From a virus, in IMG/VR virus record IMGVR_UViG_3300029566_000004: a stretch of DNA of 64,000 nucleotides; one strand, written 5' to 3'. The translations under genes and the position numbers were made by a program. Shown here in pieces: positions 60,017 to 64,000 of this stretch. The notes beneath the pieces were generated by a model. It did no database searches and had not been told where the DNA came from. It saw nothing but the letters and a program-made list of their open reading frames with translations. The first letter of the stretch is position 1, and each line of letters opens with the position of its first letter.

Positions 60017-60230
60017 CTTCTTCCAGTCCCAAATGCTTTACTGTTTGCATTGCAGGAATACCGTCAACGAGATACGAAAGTTCACATAGTGCTTCAAGGC
60101 AGAACTCATAAGATTTAAAATCCTGCTCAAACAGTTGCACGTTGTTCCTGTGAATTACTCTTGTAAGCCCAACCAGATAGGCTATGTACTTTTTCTGCTG
60201 TTTCTTTGTCAGGAAGAAAAGCCGCATCAA
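60000..60230 (-). CDS. hypothetical protein
   Basis: 76-aa ORF with overlapping couplings on both sides. Confidence 0.4.
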   Translation of the reverse strand: MMRLFFLTKKQQKKYIAYLVGLTRVIHRNNVQLFEQDFKSYEFCLEALCELSYLVDGIPAMQTVKHLGLEEGDDNG

Positions 60231-60655
60231 TTAGCACCCCCTTTCCGTTCTTCTCCTTTCGGTGGATTTGGCAGCGGCATCCAGTGTGTCACGGAGAATA
60301 AACCATTGTGTTCAGAAAGCCAGCCATATGTTTCCTCAAACCAATCATTTTTTGCTTGCCTATATTCCATAACTCTTGGAATGTGCATAAATCCGTTATC
60401 CTCAACAACCTGTGCAAGCACCCAATCGTGTTCTTTATTGTCCGGCAACCTATCCTTAACCGAAATCCACTTTGTTTTTTCAAGCGCAAAAATTGCCATT
60501 GCCAAAGCGTCAAGACCTACTTCTTCGGCAGGATCACCCTTTCCACCGTGCTCCAAATATGTGGTATAACTATCTGTCCGCTGTCGATGTTCTTCTCGCA
60601 AGATAAGAAGTGCGTCCTCAATAGGTAACTCCACCAGCTTTTCTCTAACATCCAT
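60227..60655 (-). CDS. DUF551-like protein
   Basis: MDVREKLVEL.. ..KWISVKDRLPDN.. ..THWMPLPNPPKGE... Confidence 0.6.
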   Translation of the reverse strand: MDVREKLVELPIEDALLILREEHRQRTDSYTTYLEHGGKGDPAEEVGLDALAMAIFALEKTKWISVKDRLPDNKEHDWVLAQVVEDNGFMHIPRVMEYRQAKNDWFEETYGWLSEHNGLFSVTHWMPLPNPPKGEERKGGAN

Positions 60656-60657
60656 TG

Positions 60658-61128
60658 TTATGCCTCCTCCGGAAATTTTCTTGTCAAATCGGTCAACTCA
60701 AGCCATTTCAAAATGAACTCGCACAGACCTTCTTGATAATCTTCCAAAAACCTTGTGCCAACACTTTCAAACTCCCAGCAAGGTTCTTTGTCATTCCACC
60801 AAATCTGCGCAACCGAATAGCAAGAACGAGTGGAAATCTTTTTTTCTCCGGTTTCCAAATCCGTAACCTCAATTGGATTATGGCATTGCCACTTTACCAC
60901 ATCCCATTTTTTAGGGTCTGTATGTCCATCGATGAAACAAGTTGGTCTGATTTCAAAATCCTTAAATTTCATTCTTCTTTTGCCTCCGTAAATTTTCGTG
61001 TCAAGCGGCTTTTCCATTGTAATTTTACAAGAAACGCCATTGATGCAAACAAATTCTCTGTCTTTTCCTGCATGTATACATAGACTATGGCAATTTTTGC
61101 AGTTATCATATTTTATGGCCATATTCAT
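60658..61128 (-). CDS. hypothetical Cys-containing protein
   Basis: 156-aa ORF. Confidence 0.45.
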   Translation of the reverse strand: MNMAIKYDNCKNCHSLCIHAGKDREFVCINGVSCKITMEKPLDTKIYGGKRRMKFKDFEIRPTCFIDGHTDPKKWDVVKWQCHNPIEVTDLETGEKKISTRSCYSVAQIWWNDKEPCWEFESVGTRFLEDYQEGLCEFILKWLELTDLTRKFPEEA

Positions 61129-61528
61129 TCTCCTTCGGCGGATGTGACATAGCGGTCTGCCTTTCTTCTTTCAACGGAACAAGTCGCCTTCCGCAGAACG
61201 GGCAAACTTCAATATAAAAATCTCTGCATTCTCCACGAAAATGTACAGTTGCCCACCACGCTTGGCTTTGATATCCGTTTTCTTTCCTTGTTGATGGATG
61301 AATGCTCATTTCCATTCCATCTTCATCATCATAGCTGTGCTTCAACATTCTATGCCCTTCGTCATTATCGCAACAATATGGGCAACCGGATTCATGCACC
61401 GTTACGCCATTGCTGATAAGGTGGTCGGCAATTCTCTTAATCTTTTCTTCCCACCACCATTCGTCAAGCACTTTCCCCTCAAAAGGTGCTTGCTTCAAAA
61501 TCTCCACCAGCTTTTCCCTAGCATCCAT
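61106..61528 (-). CDS. hypothetical protein sharing the MD(V/A)REKLVE..ADHLI.NGVTV N-module with the DUF551-like paralogs
   Basis: The shared N-terminal module reads directly in the translation. Confidence 0.5.
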   Translation of the reverse strand: MDAREKLVEILKQAPFEGKVLDEWWWEEKIKRIADHLISNGVTVHESGCPYCCDNDEGHRMLKHSYDDEDGMEMSIHPSTRKENGYQSQAWWATVHFRGECRDFYIEVCPFCGRRLVPLKEERQTAMSHPPKENEYGHKI

Positions 61529-61677
61529 CAGTCAGCACCTTCTTTCGCGCACTGTCCTTCGCAGCAGTGTAAATATATGCAATGGTAGCATGAACAATCT
61601 GAACAGCAGAAGTACTCCGGATCTATTGGGTCATAGTCTCTTTCTGGAAAGTCACAAGTAGCGCATAAATCTTTCAT
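61528..61677 (-). CDS. hypothetical 49-aa Cys-rich protein
   Basis: MKDLCATCDF...CCSDCSCYHC..HCCEGQC... It shares 1-nt TGATG overlaps with both neighbours. Below the ORF-track cutoff. Confidence 0.4.
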   Translation of the reverse strand: MKDLCATCDFPERDYDPIDPEYFCCSDCSCYHCIYLHCCEGQCAKEGAD

Positions 61678-62024
61678 CAGTCAACACCTCCGTCCATTTT
61701 TGCTCCGCAGCTTGGGCAGTAGTCTGTCAAACACACTTCATATAAATCGCCACCATAAAGGTCGTCTTTCTTGAACGATAGTGCATCCGCATCACAAGCT
61801 GAGCAGAAATACTTTCCGCTTCCGCCATCGTACAGCCATTCTGCGTGAACCACTTCCACGGCATCCACGGTTGGAGCTTCTCGCAGTATAAGCGTTGCGT
61901 AGTTGGTTAGATGATATGCATTTGGGTGTGCAATTCCTTGATCGCGAACAATTTCCATCGCTCTATCGGCATCAATCAGTCTCATAATCATTCTCCTTTC
62001 GGCGGATGGGGCATTTCGCGCCAA
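61677..62024 (-). CDS. hypothetical zinc-ribbon protein (paralog of 59705..60016)
   Basis: ..MRLIDADRAMEIV.. ..FCSACD...YCPSCGAKMDGGVD. Confidence 0.5.
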   Translation of the reverse strand: MARNAPSAERRMIMRLIDADRAMEIVRDQGIAHPNAYHLTNYATLILREAPTVDAVEVVHAEWLYDGGSGKYFCSACDADALSFKKDDLYGGDLYEVCLTDYCPSCGAKMDGGVD

Positions 62025-62383
62025 TGCGATACTGGATGTATATCACCCAGTGCTGGGAAGAAAAACACGTTCCCAACTGTATAACATTCTCGCACCGGTG
62101 GAAATTCTCCCGCATCCGTCATATATCCCAAAACGCTGATAAAATTTTGTGGAAGTTTTTCATCAACCGAAATCCACTCCTGCACCGTTTCAATTGACGG
62201 TTCTGATTTGCAAAACGTGATTGGTGCATTTTTTAATTGCTTCAAGAGTTCATCGCTCATTTTCACATTTTCATGTACCGTTACGCCGTTTGCGATAAGG
62301 TGATCTGCGACATATTCAACGTCTTGCTGTGTGTCAATCGAGTGTCCCGTGAGTAAATCAATCAGCTTTTCCCTAACATCCAT
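61988..62383 (-). CDS. DUF551-like protein
   Basis: MDVREKLIDL.. ..EWISVDEKLPQN.. ..SHWREMPHPPKGE. Confidence 0.6.
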   Translation of the reverse strand: MDVREKLIDLLTGHSIDTQQDVEYVADHLIANGVTVHENVKMSDELLKQLKNAPITFCKSEPSIETVQEWISVDEKLPQNFISVLGYMTDAGEFPPVRECYTVGNVFFFPALGDIHPVSHWREMPHPPKGE

Positions 62384-62469
62384 TGTTATGCCTCCTTATC
62401 GTTTGATAGTATAGTCGTTAATTCGTCATTTCTGTCTTGCAACTGTCTGCGGCGGTTGTAAGCCACCCC

Positions 62470-62814
62470 TTACCATTGGCCTTGATATACTTTATATAGG
62501 ACTTTCAACCCCTTGTTAGTCAAACACCAATATTCTGTTTGATTGAGTTGACGTGCTTGCCAGTTGCTATAATAGCTATACTTAATAAAACCTTGTTCTT
62601 GCGCTTCTTTTAATTGTTGCCTTGTAATACCATCGGCTTCATAATGGTAAAGATAGCCACCGCCAAAATAGCGCTTGCTTAATTCTTTGAACCACTCAAA
62701 AGAACCTTTTTCATAACCATAAACATCAACGAGGTATTTACTATCAGCTTCAAAATGTTTTGCCGTTTCCTTTGCATTATCAAACTGTTTTTTGAAGAAT
62801 TCACAAAGTTTCAT
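62470..62814 (-). CDS. hypothetical protein
   Basis: 114-aa ORF downstream of a promoter cassette. Confidence 0.5.
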   Translation of the reverse strand: MKLCEFFKKQFDNAKETAKHFEADSKYLVDVYGYEKGSFEWFKELSKRYFGGGYLYHYEADGITRQQLKEAQEQGFIKYSYYSNWQARQLNQTEYWCLTNKGLKVLYKVYQGQW

Positions 62815-62882
62815 ATCTCGTTGCCTCCTAATTAATATCAGGTGTTACCATATTTTTTCTTCTTTTCTTATTTTCTATATAT

Positions 62883-62911
62883 ATTTTATCAAAAATTTTT
62901 ATAAAAATCAA
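62883..62911 (-). promoter_or_regulatory. promoter cassette (-35 TTGATT, -10 TAAAAT)
   Basis: Same repeat family, fused to a terminator hairpin. Confidence 0.6.
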
Positions 62912-62912
62912 A

Positions 62913-62930
62913 GGCGACCAAAAGGTCGCC
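62913..62930 (-). terminator. intrinsic terminator fused to a promoter cassette
   Basis: GGCGACC-AAAA-GGTCGCC. Confidence 0.7.
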
Positions 62931-63008
62931 TTAAAATTAGCTATTTGGTTGCGCTTACTCTGCCTTGGGCGCATCTAATATATTTCCACAAATTCCACTT
63001 GTCTGAAA

Positions 63009-63287
63009 TCATTGAACAGCCTCATAAGTCTTCTCAAAGATGTCGCACTTACACGGATAGATTTCCCCGTTTACGCCGCGTATAATATAATCTCCAGCTT
63101 TGGCAACCATTGTTCCTTCGAGTGTTTTTATTTCGCACCATGCAGCACCTTGGTGGAACTTCCCGAAGTCATGAGTAATGATTGTGTTTTCCGAAACCGC
63201 GTCCCAAAACCAATCTTCTCCAACAAGCCCTCTCTCGTTTAACTGGAACGCGTCAATAACCACTGGCTTTTTTCTGTACTTACTCAT
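63009..63287 (-). CDS. hypothetical protein
   Basis: 92-aa ORF. Confidence 0.5.
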   Translation of the reverse strand: MSKYRKKPVVIDAFQLNERGLVGEDWFWDAVSENTIITHDFGKFHQGAAWCEIKTLEGTMVAKAGDYIIRGVNGEIYPCKCDIFEKTYEAVQ

Positions 63288-63618
63288 CGCGCTTCATCTC
63301 CGCCTTTTTAGGGTCAGGGTCAGGGTCGGGGTGTTCCTTTACCCAATTTTCAACAATTGCGACCATTTCTCTTGCATCTTCTCTGCTTTCAAGAAACCTT
63401 TTAAAGCCATATTCTTCAACCAGTTGACGCTCCTTCTGCCAAAGGTATTCTACGGCGCTCATCTCCTGCGGAAAAGTTGAGCAATGTTCAAACCATTGTT
63501 TCATTCGAAAAATGGGTACAAGTTCTATGCCATTGGAGTAGATTTTCTCAGTGTCAACAATTTTATATTGATCCATAAATTCTTCAACCGTTTTGGGAAA
63601 AGTCATTATATCACTCAT
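63280..63618 (-). CDS. hypothetical protein
   Basis: 112-aa ORF with a PDPDPDP tract. Confidence 0.5.
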   Translation of the reverse strand: MSDIMTFPKTVEEFMDQYKIVDTEKIYSNGIELVPIFRMKQWFEHCSTFPQEMSAVEYLWQKERQLVEEYGFKRFLESREDAREMVAIVENWVKEHPDPDPDPKKAEMKRDE

Positions 63619-63641
63619 TGTTTGTCTCCTTCATTATCGCA

Positions 63642-63908
63642 TTAAAATTTATACTGTTTACCTTTATTTGTTACCGTAAATGAGCGCAAATGAGCAATTG
63701 CTTCAGGACTAAGCTCAAGACAATCAAGACAATCAGATGCCTCAAGTTTATATAAAGTTACTTCAATGATGGTATTCTCACCATAGCGACGTTCAAGCTG
63801 TATCATAGCATCGGCGCAACTAGACGCACATGTGATACCCTGATTAATATTAGTTACCTTATCAAAATCATCATACCATCTTACTTTGTAAGTATAACAT
63901 CCACCCAT
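63642..63908 (-). CDS. hypothetical protein
   Basis: 88-aa ORF downstream of a promoter cassette. Confidence 0.5.
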   Translation of the reverse strand: MGGCYTYKVRWYDDFDKVTNINQGITCASSCADAMIQLERRYGENTIIEVTLYKLEASDCLDCLELSPEAIAHLRSFTVTNKGKQYKF

Positions 63909-63940
63909 ACTTTTTCTCCCTTCATCATTTCTTTATATAT

Positions 63941-63969
63941 ATTTTATCAAAAATTTTTATAAAAATCAA
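63941..63969 (-). promoter_or_regulatory. promoter cassette (-35 TTGATT, -10 TAAAAT)
   Basis: Same repeat family, fused to a terminator hairpin. Confidence 0.6.
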
Positions 63970-63970
63970 A

Positions 63971-63988
63971 GGCGGCCAAAAGGTCGCC
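63971..63988 (-). terminator. intrinsic terminator fused to a promoter cassette
   Basis: GGCGGCC-AAAA-GGTCGCC (one mismatch). Confidence 0.6.
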
Positions 63989-64000
63989 TTTAAGCCAAAT

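Overview
This window is a visibly AT-rich segment of a large tailed-phage genome. All calls were made by eye, so treat RNA and splice coordinates as +/-2-3 nt.

Layout:
- Minus strand, 1-29.6 kb: replication, nucleotide-metabolism and RNA-repair genes. These include RecJ-like, primase, DnaB-like helicase, AAA ATPase, SSB-like, ThyX-like, NAD ligase, type II topoisomerase A/B, RNase HI, PIN-PhoH, Pnk-like kinase, several metallophosphatases, RNA ligase, DEDD exonuclease and a sigma-70 factor.
- Plus strand, 29.7-38.6 kb: tail-fibre, glycosyltransferase and lysin module.
- Minus strand, 38.7-43.5 kb: a vWA / PurA-like / vWA / J-domain cluster.
- Minus strand, 43.5-52.2 kb: about 30 tRNA or tRNA-like genes mixed with homing endonucleases and a methyltransferase.
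- Beyond 52.2 kb: hypothetical genes, ending in a more GC-rich island of tandem DUF551-like paralogs.

Main observations:
1. TAG is read as a sense codon. I count at least 36 in-frame TAGs in early genes, late genes and homing-endonuclease genes, while every gene end I checked uses TAA or TGA. Gln is the best fit.
2. A CUA-anticodon suppressor tRNA is present. It has a Gln/Trp-type acceptor stem and an odd 19-nt variable region.
3. Three td-like group I introns split the helicase, ThyX-like and PhoH-like genes at conserved motifs.
4. tRNA-Leu(UAA) carries an intron with an HNH ORF at the classical U34/A35 site. A second tRNA is split by a PD-(D/E)XK ORF.
5. A Gln(UUG)-type tRNA has a complete Trp-like tRNA inserted in its anticodon.
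6. A circularly permuted tRNA-like (Y-RNA-like) element follows one promoter.
7. About 21 near-identical TTGATT-N17-TATAAT promoter cassettes all drive the minus strand.
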